A stretch of DNA of 64,000 nt. Origin: Fistulifera solaris. Lineage: Eukaryota. The position numbers and the translations under genes were made by a program. The notes beneath the pieces are model-generated. The model worked only from the letters and a program-made list of their open reading frames with translations, did no database searches and was not told where the DNA came from. Shown one piece after another: positions 50,367-61,906 of this stretch. The stretch's first letter is position 1, and every line of letters begins with the position of its first letter. The stretch is taken from positions 682,001 to 746,000 of the forward strand of contig AP026148.1 of the NCBI GenBank assembly GCA_030295235.1, read 5' to 3'.

Positions 50367-51784
50367 TTATGCGTCGTCGTCAAGGTTACGACCGTCTTCA
50401 ATAAACGACGTCAAAGATAATTCCAACTCAGCGGAAACGACCTTTTCCTCTCCTTCCTCCATTTTGCTAAGAACAGCACAAAGAATGCTGCCGGTTGAGT
50501 GAACGAGTTTTTTCTCGCTACAAGAGGAACCAGGATTGCATTCGATTTCGTACGCAACTTCTGCGTTCATTTTCTCAGTTTGCTCAACGGCACAGACATG
50601 GGACAACCGCCGTGATCTGTCACTAATGCGCCTCGCGGATCGAGGTGCGGGCCATCCTATGACAGACATATCGTTGGAGCCACTATCGTTCGCTCTTGGT
50701 TTTGGATAGCGACCACATGTCATGAACAACAAGTATCCATTTCCGATAGCCGGCTTCATAAGACAAACAACAGCCGAGACAGCGCCCTGTAGATGAGACC
50801 AAGTGCCTCCAGCCCACGCACCCTGCAGACAAGCCGACCAAAATTAGAACGCCCGGCAACGAATAGCTGGTACATGTTATCCAATCATACACTTACCCAT
50901 GGCTCTATCCAGAAACGCGCAATGAACATCAAAACCAGAGAGGGTAACCACATCACAATAAACACCAAGATCAAGCGCGCGATGAAAACTGACACGTTTC
51001 GAGTGCCGCCCGTCGCAGGTAGCAAATTTAGCCACCATATTTGGATCGCAGCATAAATGACATAGACTGCCGGTATTCCGACCAGTGCCGGTAGAAACGC
51101 CGTGAAGAAAAATATCATCGATTCGTCGGAATACATAACGGGGAGACAAGCCAAACCGTTTTGAAGGCCGGGCTGATGAGGTAGTATATCCCAAAAGACC
51201 CACGAGGCAAGGAAAGCCGACCATCCATACACAGCAAGAGAGTTGAGAATGACTTTTCGTCTGGACGGCGGAATGTACCGCTGTCGTTGCGATGACTTTT
51301 GTAGCAAGTCGTAAATGTGATAAGCAACAATGGAATTGAGCCATGAATTGGCTCCAATACTGAAAGTGACGTAAAACGTTTGAAACCAACACCATGCTTC
51401 GGAAATATAACTTCCGGCAGAAACATTTAGACCACAATTGACGGAACATAGAAATGAAAAGAGAAAGTCTGGAATCTGCGTAGTAAACTTGTAAGCGGTC
51501 CGACATGAGTTGAAAGTGCAACAAGCTTGCACACGCCTTACCATCAAAAACACTAGATAAAGATTAAAGCCGGACTTTCTTATCCGTTTGTTGCATAACA
51601 TACTCATGAGGACAGAAGCCACAAAAATCGCCACACCGCTCGCCACCATGACCCACACAGACCACTGCAGCATGCGATCACTGTCCGGACCAGCAGCCAC
51701 CAAGTGATCGTACATGGAGTTTGTCTCGTTTAATTCAGAATACAGAAAAGTGACATGATGGATGGCAGTAAGTTCGCGTTTCAT
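50367..51784 (-). CDS. 7TM (GPCR-like) receptor; introns 51476-51541 and ~50824-50896
   Basis: About seven hydrophobic helices, FNLYLVFLM|IPD, CWFQTFY and WAGGTWSHLQG after splicing. Start codon uncertain. Confidence 0.8.
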
Positions 51785-52286
51785 TGCATAAAATCGATTT
51801 TCAAATTTTCGGTAAACGCAAAGCAATAATCAATGTTTTCGAATTACTAGTGTCTTGTTGACACGTAGTATTATTATTCCGTGTATTGTGTATTTCTCTT
51901 TGTCCTTGCGTTCGCCGGGAGATTTTTTAACAAAGGGGTGTGACTCTCACGTATCGTTGTCTTGGTTTGCGCTGTGTTGTTGGTCGCGGGTCGCGGCGGA
52001 GAATGGAGAATGGCGAACGACGCGAGGCAAACCGCCAAACGTAAAACCAGAAGCTGTACTATTTTGTATGTGGAACACCACGAACACAATTCAGAAATTA
52101 TTACCAAGAAAAGGACATCAACCATCAACGTTCTTTTTACTACCTACAATGACCAATGACGGATGAAATGACAACGGACAACAATACCTAAAGTACCCAA
52201 GTACCCTCTTTGTTTAGTACTCCGTAACAGATTTCGGATGAGGAGAGTCTGACTTACCGGTACCCAGAACCACCCCGAGTCCGAGT

Positions 52287-52361
52287 GACATCACGCGGAC
52301 TTGGACAACCGAAATAATCATCTCCGACATCACGCGGACGCGAACAACCGAAATAATCATC
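52287..52361. repeat. 39-bp tandem duplication immediately upstream of the glycosyltransferase gene
   Basis: GACATCACGCGGAC....ACAACCGAAATAATCATC occurs twice. Confidence 0.85.
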
Positions 52362-52368
52362 CAAGTCG

Positions 52369-53433
52369 ATGAAACAAACAAATGACACAACCATGACGAT
52401 GATCCTTTCGAGGAAACTATTTGTATTCACAATTCTCTTTGCTATTTCATGCTGCCTTTGGTCGTTAACGGAAGACAAACGGAATTTAGCCGAAAAGACT
52501 GCAAATACTGGGACGAATAAGCGAAACGCAACGCAGATCGAAGCACCCAACATTACTACGGAAATTTTCATACAATTATCAGGGCAATTCGGCAATCATA
52601 TAAGTAAGATTGCCGCTGGTGTCGCTGTTGCGATTGAATTGGAATCGCGTGGTCGTCATACCAGTCTCACGCTTCTACGCCCTCGACGAGGGCACTCGGC
52701 AGAACAAACGACTGCATTACTGCAACAGTGCTTTCCTTCTTTGCGCAATGTATCGTTTGACAACAATCATCCGGACTTAGTTCCTAAGCCACTATCGTGG
52801 AATCAGGACTCTCCTAGTGATTTTGACAAGGCTATTGACCTGATTTTCAAGTCCAAAACTACGTCTGTCTTAATAGATCACTTGAGCGGACTCGATCTGA
52901 TCGTCGATCGCCACTACAAGGCACTTCGGCGATTCTTTACTATCGACTGCTGTTCCTCCAAAATACAACCTTACCATACAGTATTTCATTATCGCAATTT
53001 CGAACGAGAGATGCCACGACGGGGAAAACAGAAAGGCTATGAAGAATTATCGGCTCAATTCGTGAACGAACTATTTCACGACAATAATCACAGCACGCCT
53101 ATTCTAATTGTTACTCCGTATGCCCCCGATGTCAAGAATTACGTGGACGTTCTACAGAATCAAGGAAGAGTGGTGCATACGCTGGCCAAGTCGACGCCGC
53201 TACTGGACTTTTGCATGCTGATATCGGCCACGGAAACCATCATCGGATTAGCGCGATCCACCTTCTTTTTGTGGGCAGGTTTTCTTGGTAATGCGCCGCA
53301 TATTCGAGCCTATTCGATCGACAGTGAATGGAAACGTCAGTCGAATAGTCCGGTGTGGGATCATTACAATTGGACGGACCCAGAGTTGAATGAACGGTTT
53401 CATTTTGAATTGTATCACTTGTCGTCACGATGA
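52369..53433 (+). CDS. Type II membrane glycosyltransferase, GT11 (alpha-1,2-fucosyltransferase)-like
   Basis: N-terminal TM segment, LSGQFGNH, VFHYR and DFCML..IIG..STFFLWAGFL. Confidence 0.7.
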   Translation: MKQTNDTTMTMILSRKLFVFTILFAISCCLWSLTEDKRNLAEKTANTGTNKRNATQIEAPNITTEIFIQLSGQFGNHISKIAAGVAVAIELESRGRHTSLTLLRPRRGHSAEQTTALLQQCFPSLRNVSFDNNHPDLVPKPLSWNQDSPSDFDKAIDLIFKSKTTSVLIDHLSGLDLIVDRHYKALRRFFTIDCCSSKIQPYHTVFHYRNFEREMPRRGKQKGYEELSAQFVNELFHDNNHSTPILIVTPYAPDVKNYVDVLQNQGRVVHTLAKSTPLLDFCMLISATETIIGLARSTFFLWAGFLGNAPHIRAYSIDSEWKRQSNSPVWDHYNWTDPELNERFHFELYHLSSR

Positions 53434-54487
53434 AAATCAGTTCACAGAAGACGTTTCCCATGATCCATGGTCGAATGACCAGAAATGCTTTTGCGGACTA
53501 CGTCAAAGTCTATCCCTGAACTGGCTAGTCACTTGTCATCGTGATTTTCATTGCATTTCAAGTCGGAATGGACGTTGAAATAATACGGAGTAGTGTATAG
53601 GTTTGCACTTGCACATAGTCCATACAGTACAACGAAATGCGCAGTCAGGTCAAACGTCAAACTTCAGTCCCCTTCCAAACAACTGCAATGGGAGATGGGA
53701 GTTTTTTTTTCGCCTGATAGCGATGAGAGAGAACACAACGCATTGATACCGTAAGCTTTGGGAACTGAGTGTTGAGAACTGACTATCTTTTCTTTGAAAA
53801 AAGCTAATTTACTTTATTTGAAGACTACATAGACAATAGACAAACTGATAATGTCTACAATCTTTAAGAAATATTGGACGGAGAGCGGGGTATTCTAGTT
53901 TGTCGTAGCTAGTCAACGGAGTATTTATTATCTAATTGACCATCCGGCCGATTCAGTCCCATGTCGGAAGCTCCTGATTGGATAGTCAGTCCCATACGTA
54001 TATCAGTTGTAGGAGTAGGAACCAATCAGAGGACAGGGAGGACAGAGGACCAGAGTGAGCCGATCCGGCCAAGAACGGAACTCCTTAACCCTTTAACACT
54101 GGCGCCGCGTTCGCCCAGTAGAACTTGGATCCGTCACATAGTACTTTGTACTGCCTTCAAGCTAGTTTTTCTGGCAATTAACCAATCAGCCACGACGACG
54201 CACTCTCCACAATTCGTCGGATAATACTGAATTACGCATTCCGAATTACAACGCCAACCTACTCTTTGTAATCCTTATTCGCAGGTTCGAGGTTTGGACC
54301 TCAACTCGGTAACGGTTTCAAAAATTAAAGGTTTCAAACGGCAAGTCGAGTGATACTTATTGCCAAAGAGGTAACAAGAAGCAAATGAATCTGTAATTAC
54401 ATAAAATGTCAATGAAAAGAGAGAGACAGATCGACGGCTCTGATCTCGAGGGAGAAGAAGAAAAACGGAAGCGGTATTGGTCAAGTT

Positions 54488-55737
54488 TTGTCTTTCCTTC
54501 ATGACAGCGGTGAGCCGTTGCTGCCTTTTTCTCATCATTACAACGAACACGGAAGCCAGCCGGCTCTATTTCCTGTCAACGTGCATCCACATTCACACCA
54601 GAATCAATCCACCGCGATTACTTCCTTTGCCTCCGCTACTTCGCCACAATGGCCTCAAAATCAAACATTAGGTGCTCAACGGAAACAGGATAGCTCCGGA
54701 GCATTTCAAAACTTTCCAGCCTCCAGCGTAGCCCGACGAGACACCCAAAGCGCATTTTTGGAAAATGACGCAAAAAGGGGGAGATACGAGCTACTGCAGC
54801 CGCGTGAGCTAGCAACAATGAACCAGGTTGGCGCCCAAGACGACGGATATCGCAGCTTAAACCTTCTGATCGACAGATTCATCGAGAGTGCTGAAAAGGG
54901 CCAGTTGCTCAGCAACATGACCAATCTAGTCTAGACCATGCCAACACTCCATTACAAGCGGGATTGCAGATGACTTTGCCGGACGCGCTAGGACGAGGCT
55001 TGTCAGGAGCGTCGTCTATTTCTTATTATGGAGGGCGCTCCTCCAATGCAATCCAACCCGGATATTATCAAACAGTCAACCTGGATAATACTATTCATCA
55101 TCCTCCCCCCGCACTGTATACGTTTCCTCATGCTACGACACAAGGCACGGCAGTGCCGCCAATTTCGGCACACACTGCCGACCAGCGAATTCTTGCACCG
55201 CCCCGTCGCAAACTCAGCAACCAAGTGACTTCATCTTCAGCTACTTCGTCGTCATCAAGCATGTATTCGTCTCGAAGTTTGTTTTTGCCGGAAGATGCGG
55301 ACCATTTATCTCTTTATCAATGCGTACTTCGAAAACAAATTGAGTTCTTCGCTGCCGATTGGGAGGATGTTGCCGTCATCCAGGGGCGAAACAAGCCCGT
55401 AATACGACGGCAGGTCGGCATACGCTGTATTCATTGTTCTCATCTCCCTATCAAGAGTCGTGACAAAGGATCATCGTATTTCAGCGCCCGTCTCGATGCG
55501 CTTTACCAGTCGGCGCAGAACTTGGCGAAAAAGCATTTGCTCCAAAAATGCCGACAAATTCCCTACAATGTTCGAGAACAACTAGCGCAGCTAAAAAATG
55601 TCGTTCCTCGATCTACAAAAGGTGGAAGCACGAACTCGCAAACCAGTGGATCCGGCAAGGGATACTGGGCCGAAGCAGCTCAGAAAGTGGGCGTCTTTGA
55701 AGATGAAACCAACGGGAGGCTCGAGTTCCGTTTCTAA
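54488..55737 (+). CDS. Protein with a low-complexity N-terminus and a C-terminal Cys/His domain common in diatoms; frame break near 54930; start uncertain
   Basis: LSLYQCVLRKQIEFF..GRNKPV..QVGIRCIHC..LYQSAQN..HL..C..GKGYW in ORF 54964..55737. Confidence 0.7.
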
Positions 55738-56360
55738 ACACAATCTTATCTGACAGTAATTTCAAACACTAAAATAGCCGTTACTGACATTAGCTGCCGT
55801 TGTCATCGTTGAACGTAGACTGCTATGCAAGCAATCGTGTGTTATAGGGACAAGTTGGATACATGGCGTCATGCGAAATCAAGTTGGCATCTGATTCTGT
55901 TTGGCATTTGGGTCGGATTTCGCAGATGTGTTTGCGCCGTTCCTACTTTTAGAACCATACTAGTGCCCGAAAGCCTCACCGGCCCACTATTGGGCTTGTT
56001 GGGCTCCATTTTGTAGTCTCGACGTTTTAGTACCCTATGAGGCCCAGGGCCTTATGGGCTCGATGGGCCTATGAACAGGCCCAGTACAAATTGTACGTAA
56101 GTTTTTACGTGCGTTCTTTTTGTAACGCCGTTTTTTCCTTTGCGAAAAAATCATTATTCAATCGAAATCAAAACGCCGATCCGTTTCCATCTCATGATCC
56201 GGTTTTCTTTTATAACAAATGAAACATGACTTAAACATGAAACTGGAAACGATGCCTCAATCGTGGAGAGGGAGGGACCTGGACTTCATCAAAGCAGCAA
56301 TCAACCTCGTAAATTTTTCAAAGTGCTCTTAACCTACCTTTTGGAAGTGGACGCAGCACC

Positions 56361-59300
56361 ATGACAAAGTTTAGCCGCGCCGATCTGAACGCCGCGTTCA
56401 AGAAGGACTATCCCTGCCTCATGAAAAAGAAACCTTGTCTTCCAGTAATCATTGTTGACTCCTCGGATAAAGGAAAAGGCAAATGGCTCGTCGAATTTGT
56501 CAATCCAGACGGAACAAGAAATGGCGTAACCCAAGTGGCTACATCAAAGCAACTCAAGAAGCTCACAGATAATGATTCTCATCCTCTTGTGAAAGAAGTT
56601 GGCGAAGAAGACGATGAAGAGATCAACGAAGAAGAAGCTGTTAGTACATTTCTTGTTGCTGGGCATATCCAGCCTGAAACGTCATCGAGTCCGAGCTTTC
56701 AGGAATCGGAGGGTAGCCTCGATGCAGCAGAGACCAGTCTTCTCGACAATAGCGTTTCACAGGAAGTTTTTGGAGTCCAAGATGGCCCAGAAGAGGAGGT
56801 AGAACACGAGACACGAAACGATTCAGATAATGAGAGTGAGGATGAAGAGGTAGATCCCGACTTAGAAAATGAAGAAGATCTTGGACCATACCGTCCAGAT
56901 GACGAGGAGGGTGAAGATGATGGAGATGACTTGAATTTTAGAGCTATTGCAGAAGAACAAGCGGCGGAGGATAAGCACAGAGAGAAATGGAATCGATACT
57001 TGACCGAAAAAGCAGCTCTCATTGAAATGGGGTCAAAAGTGAAATGCAATCCGCCCAAGCACCAAGGCATTGATGTAGGTAGTCAGGTTCAACAGCGCAG
57101 AGCTCCAAGGCGCACGGGCTATGTTATTGCAAGTAATCGTGATGAAGATCATGGCTATGCCTGCTGGGAAGTTGAATATGAAGATGAAACTGTAAAATTT
57201 GTGAAATCGACTGAACTTATTTGCGTTAAAGACGATCGAGTCTTTGAGTGGACTTATGTCGACGATGTTTTCCCCATCAACCCAGTTTTGCCTTTCAGAG
57301 AAACTGGGGTTGTTGGATATAACTTTGCCGCATTCAAAAAGGAAAATCTGGATACAACCAAAGACGACTACGGTTTTCCATTTCTCACTCTGTTGCAACA
57401 CCTTTGGCCAGGTAAGGTTACACCTTGATTAAATGAATTCCAAGTCCAAGCACTAACCTCAACTCCGTTTAATATAGGTGATTGGCTCAAACATCTCAAT
57501 AAATTGAACACTCATCTTGGTTCAATTGACCAAAAGTTACTGAGTTACAAGGAATGGTGGATCTTTTGGGGGGTCATCTTTGCCGCGTGTCCATGCCAGA
57601 AAGGTGGCATCAAGCTGTTTGAAAAAGGCTTGTTTGACTACATCTTTACCACCGTAAACTTTGGTGTCAATGGTCTTAATCTCATGTCTCATTCGCGGTT
57701 CAAGATGATCTACGCAAATATATCACAGGCCTTTTACGACGATGAATCAACTAATGATCCATGGCATCCGATTACGGGTCTCATTGATAGCTTCAACAGG
57801 AATCGTAAGAAGAACATAGCAAGCGGATCAAAAATTGTGCTGGACGAATCAATGAGCCCGTACAAGCCTCGAACAACAAAGACATCGTTATTACCGCACC
57901 TGTCATTTATCCTACGAAAACCAAAGCCACTTGGCGTAGAGTACAAGGTAAGTCAGAACTTATTGCGCGTGTGTCCGTTGACACAGCAACAAGATCTTAC
58001 ATCCGTTCAGAACGTCATCTGTGCAAAAACCGGCATCCTACTGTTTCAAGAAGTGCAACGTGGAAAGAGGCAATGCGCAAGTCAGCATTTTCCAGACAGA
58101 TTGGTACAAATGCGGCCTGTGCTATTCGCTTAATCTTGGGTTCCGTGTACAGTGGAGAAGATCACGCGGAGAGAGCTGCCCCTGTGAACCAGGAACGTCG
58201 GTATCTTGTAACGGCTGATTCATGGTTTGGCAGTCCGAGGCTTGCTGAGACTATAAAGCTACTGTGGCGTGACGAAGACGGGCAATACAGGATTAATAGA
58301 AGCCGCGGCGAGAATCCGAATGCGCATGAGTTGATAGCATCTGTGAAGTCAAATTCTGGCTGGTTTCCGAAGCACGAGCTCAAGAAACGAATGAAGCATT
58401 TTCCAAGTGGCTCCCATCTTGTGATGCGTTGCAGAACCCCGGGATCAAATATTGAGTTATTTGCTATCGGATACAAGTACAACTTGCGAAAGATCCTTTT
58501 CTTTATCATGACAAGAAATGCAGGACAAACCACACCTGGCCCTAAACCGTACATTGCGAAGTTCCCAGATAACGACGGCAATGTTAAAGAACGGCATATC
58601 AAACGCCCTCAGGTTCTTTCCGATTATTTCGAGGATTCTGATGCTATTGACTCCCACAACCATTGTCGCCAACATCGCTTAGGCTTGGAAAAATTCTGGT
58701 TGACGCAAAATCCTTGGGTCAGAAATGATTGTACTTTGATCGGGATGACAGCCATTGATGCATATCGAGCTGTGAAACATCAAGTTCCTGAGCTATCTCG
58801 TGACAAGCAGTTTACGGTTGCTGCATTTGCTAAAGGTTTGACGTATGACTGCTTGTACAATAAGTTTTACGATGATGCAGAAACAACGGATCCCAGCATG
58901 TACCTCGAGGCGGATAATCTTACACAACGGGAGCGCAAGATGAAATACGCTTTGCAGTTACATTGTGAGAAAGTGAATGCAATGAACAAACAGTTCTTGC
59001 AGCAAGCAAGTGAGGTCTTTTTCAAAGCAAACTTGCCCTCTGTTGTCAACGCGAATGAGTTGTCTACAGTGGGATCACCCTTATCAATGTCAGTGGCAGG
59101 CCCAAGTGCTGACGTGGTACTTCATGAGTGCCTGGAGGATGCACATGAATTAGTGGACATTGAAATTAGCGAGAAGCAAGGACGAGTAATGAAACGCAAA
59201 TGCCGTATATGCAAAACTGGCATCAGAATGCAATGCAGCAATCCTCGGTGCCTCGTAGCCGAACCCCAAAAACTAGGCCATCCTGTGGGCACTCCCATTT

Positions 59301-59425
59301 GTCCCCCACGGCTGGGAGCTCGAAAACTTAAAGATTACCCAAATAATACCCTCACGTGCCTTGAAATCCACCGAAGGGAGGAAAAGGCCAAGAGAATGGA
59401 AGAAATGAGATTAAAGCAAAGTTGA
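56361..59425 (+). CDS. piggyBac-family (DDE_Tnp_1_7-like) transposase, ~978 aa after splicing; introns 57412-57477 and 57948-58010; frameshift at 58064-58066
   Basis: IVLDESM, RKPKPLGVEYK, VTADSWFGS and AIDSHNHCRQ (D-D-D triad), plus a C-terminal Cys-rich domain CRIC..CSNPRC..C..CLEIH. Confidence 0.9.
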
Positions 59426-59981
59426 GTCTTTTATTCAAAGGATAAGTTCTAAGGTTTCTCCCTCGTCTCTTTTATGAATTATAAAAAATGTAAATTGAAC
59501 GACTCTATAGATCAAAATCATGTCAAGTCACTTGTAAGTGCCGTAGATACTTCCGGGACTGCTTTTTGTTTGAGTCGGAAACCGGAGTCGCGACACCAGA
59601 TCCAGATCCCATGGATAGTCGTTGCGCTGTTGCTAAAGCCGATGGGCCCGAACTGAAAATAAGAACAGAACCAAAGGCTCCGTACAATTGCATTGGCGAC
59701 CCCAAGTACACAACGCAGGGGACAGGTCGTGCGATGCCCTTGCTTTTACATCACCCTCTGCAAAGCATGGAAATAATACAATGAATGTATTTATCTTAAT
59801 ACAAACAATGTATTTGGCACTTGGCACACGCTATGTACTCCAAATAGCCTGTTGAAAGTCGCTCAGCTGTCCATCTAAATAGATGCATGAGGCGTCGGCA
59901 TGATCATTATTGTATACCGCAAATAAACATTCATTCGCTTTAAGAGAGAACTATAAGCATGTTAATACCGTCGCCGTAGCT

Positions 59982-60575
59982 CTATTTTGATAAGCACATG
60001 GTTGGAGCAGTACATGAATTATCAAAGTTCAGTGATGAGACGTCCGATCCCATTTTGAAAGTAATTCTTTCTCGATGAGGTCGATCAAATGTGCCATACA
60101 CCCTTATCACGCTCCCAACATGATTACCATGTTCGCTTCGGATTCTACTTTTAGCCTTTAGAAATTCAACGTCCAGAAACCGAATTTGAAGTGCTGATTC
60201 AATAGTAGTGCCCGAAGCACGGGCCTCCAACCAATCATCCCTCTCGTAAACTGCAATGGTACTTCGATCGACAATAAGTTGAGCAAAGAAGACAATATTG
60301 TAATCTGTTTGCCGATCATCAGCACGTCCGCGCTGGGCAAAGTGCACGACAAATTCGTTACCGGAGGACATGTCAAGAAATAATGAGGCGAGCACTTCCA
60401 CGGATACTTTGAGTGATTTTGGCGGAGCTCTTTCCATTTCCAAAGCCGGCAGCCTATGAATAGTGAAACTGCCGAGCCCCATTGCCACCAAGTAGGTAAT
60501 ATGGCATTCAACGCCGTCGGTCAATGTACAGCAAAACTGCCGAGTCCCATTACCGCAAAGCTGGCAATATGGCAC
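59982..60575 (-). CDS. Unknown ORF (197 aa) inside the transposon, convergent with the transposase
   Basis: Open frame only, with no recognisable motif. The coding strand in this region is ambiguous. Confidence 0.3.
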   Translation of the reverse strand: MPYCQLCGNGTRQFCCTLTDGVECHITYLVAMGLGSFTIHRLPALEMERAPPKSLKVSVEVLASLFLDMSSGNEFVVHFAQRGRADDRQTDYNIVFFAQLIVDRSTIAVYERDDWLEARASGTTIESALQIRFLDVEFLKAKSRIRSEHGNHVGSVIRVYGTFDRPHRERITFKMGSDVSSLNFDNSCTAPTMCLSK

Positions 60576-61122
60576 TCAACGCACGGCCTCGTTCCGTAGT
60601 CAACTCCGAAAAAGCATCACAGCCACACACGCAGCCGCCCAAGATCGACAGAGGTTGCCTCATAAATCTTTACCTCACCTTGTTGATTAACGTAGATGCC
60701 ATTCCTGAGTTCCTCTCATCGCCCGCTACTGGGGATGAGTTCTCTCTCACCCGTCTTGAAAACGGTCTGTGGGACGTCGTTGTGACTGCCTATAAGCGCA
60801 ACCAAGCCAAAACCATCCATGATCCTGAGCACATCGATCTAACGGCTTCTTCGGATGAGGAAGCGGAGACTCCTTCACTACGAAGAAAGCTGAAGATGCT
60901 CTGTTTGGCGTCGATGGTGGTGCGAATGACACGGTGGAAGATAAAGGTGTCGGCAACGCCGAGGAGCATGAAGTCGCTTCTGTAGCCTCCACCGCAAACA
61001 TGAACATCACCAAAGCAGTCGATAGCGAAAGCGATGACAGCAGTGTCGACTACGGTTTGTCGCAGGACTTTCTTCTCATGGCGGAGATTATTGGAGACAG
61101 GAGTGAAAATCTTGATGATTGA
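60524..61122 (+). CDS. Possible second transposon-borne ORF with acidic C-terminus, interrupted by a frameshift
   Basis: ORFs 60524..60985 and 60934..61122 join by one frameshift. The antisense in-register frame has stops. Confidence 0.3.
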
Positions 61123-61906
61123 TGAGGATGAATGAAATTCAATAAGTAGTCACTATAACCGTTTGTGTACTATAATTTTCGATTTCTGGGCTCCATCACG
61201 GTTTTGTATAGTACTATAGTGTACAATTTTTCAGGCCCAAGAAGCCCAATTTTGCGGCCCAAGCGGACCACGCTCCGTGGCCCGCAAAGGCTTTCAGGCA
61301 CTAGATGTCGCAGTGGAAAACTACGCTTCCTTGTGCGGTAGAGATCCGTGCGAAGTGATAAGGATCCTTATAAACGTCATCATCAAAAGTAACAGCGTAA
61401 AATCATTAATAAGAACTAGTCTTTGTTTGGATTTTAAAAATAACGTAGAATTGCAGAGTATTTGACTAAATGGATGCGGAAGACATTTTCCGGGCTGCAA
61501 CTCGTTAAGTCATGTAATCTATACTCAACACCTTATTCCATTGTGAAAAATGATTTGAAAAAAGGAAAGGCAAATTTTCTAAAAATGAAGATCAACATCA
61601 CAGCTCGGCTTGATCATAATGAGGCGTCTTTCCATGTAGAAAACTAGGATTACTTATTAAAAAGGGCAGATTGTTCAGGATTCAGGAGGAGTCAGTCCTG
61701 CGATGTCAAGCCTACAAGTTATGCCATAGTAGAGATTTTTCCGGGCGAGAATAATACGAAGTACGGAGTAGTAATAAGGAAGCAACGAATGCAACGCCAA
61801 TCAACAACGCAATAACAAACGACGACGAGGAGGAAGGTTACACGGAGTATTATTGTTCTCGTTGTGATGTGCATCTCATCACTGTTTCGCACTCTCGAAA
61901 TAAAAC

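Larger units (their letters stand above)
55964..61300 (+). mobile_element. Full-length piggyBac-like DNA transposon (5337 bp) flanked by CTAG on both sides
   Basis: Left end CTAG|TGCCCGAAAGCCT and right end AGGCTTTCAGGCA|CTAG (13-bp TIR, 1 mismatch). Subterminal inverted TTGGGCTT.TTGGGC repeats and an internal DDD transposase. Confidence 0.9.

Noticed and set aside
830..58066. Programmed frameshifting, RNA editing or an alternative genetic code
   Set aside because: Breaks occur in both directions at generic homopolymers with no shared signal. All three stop codons end intact genes normally.
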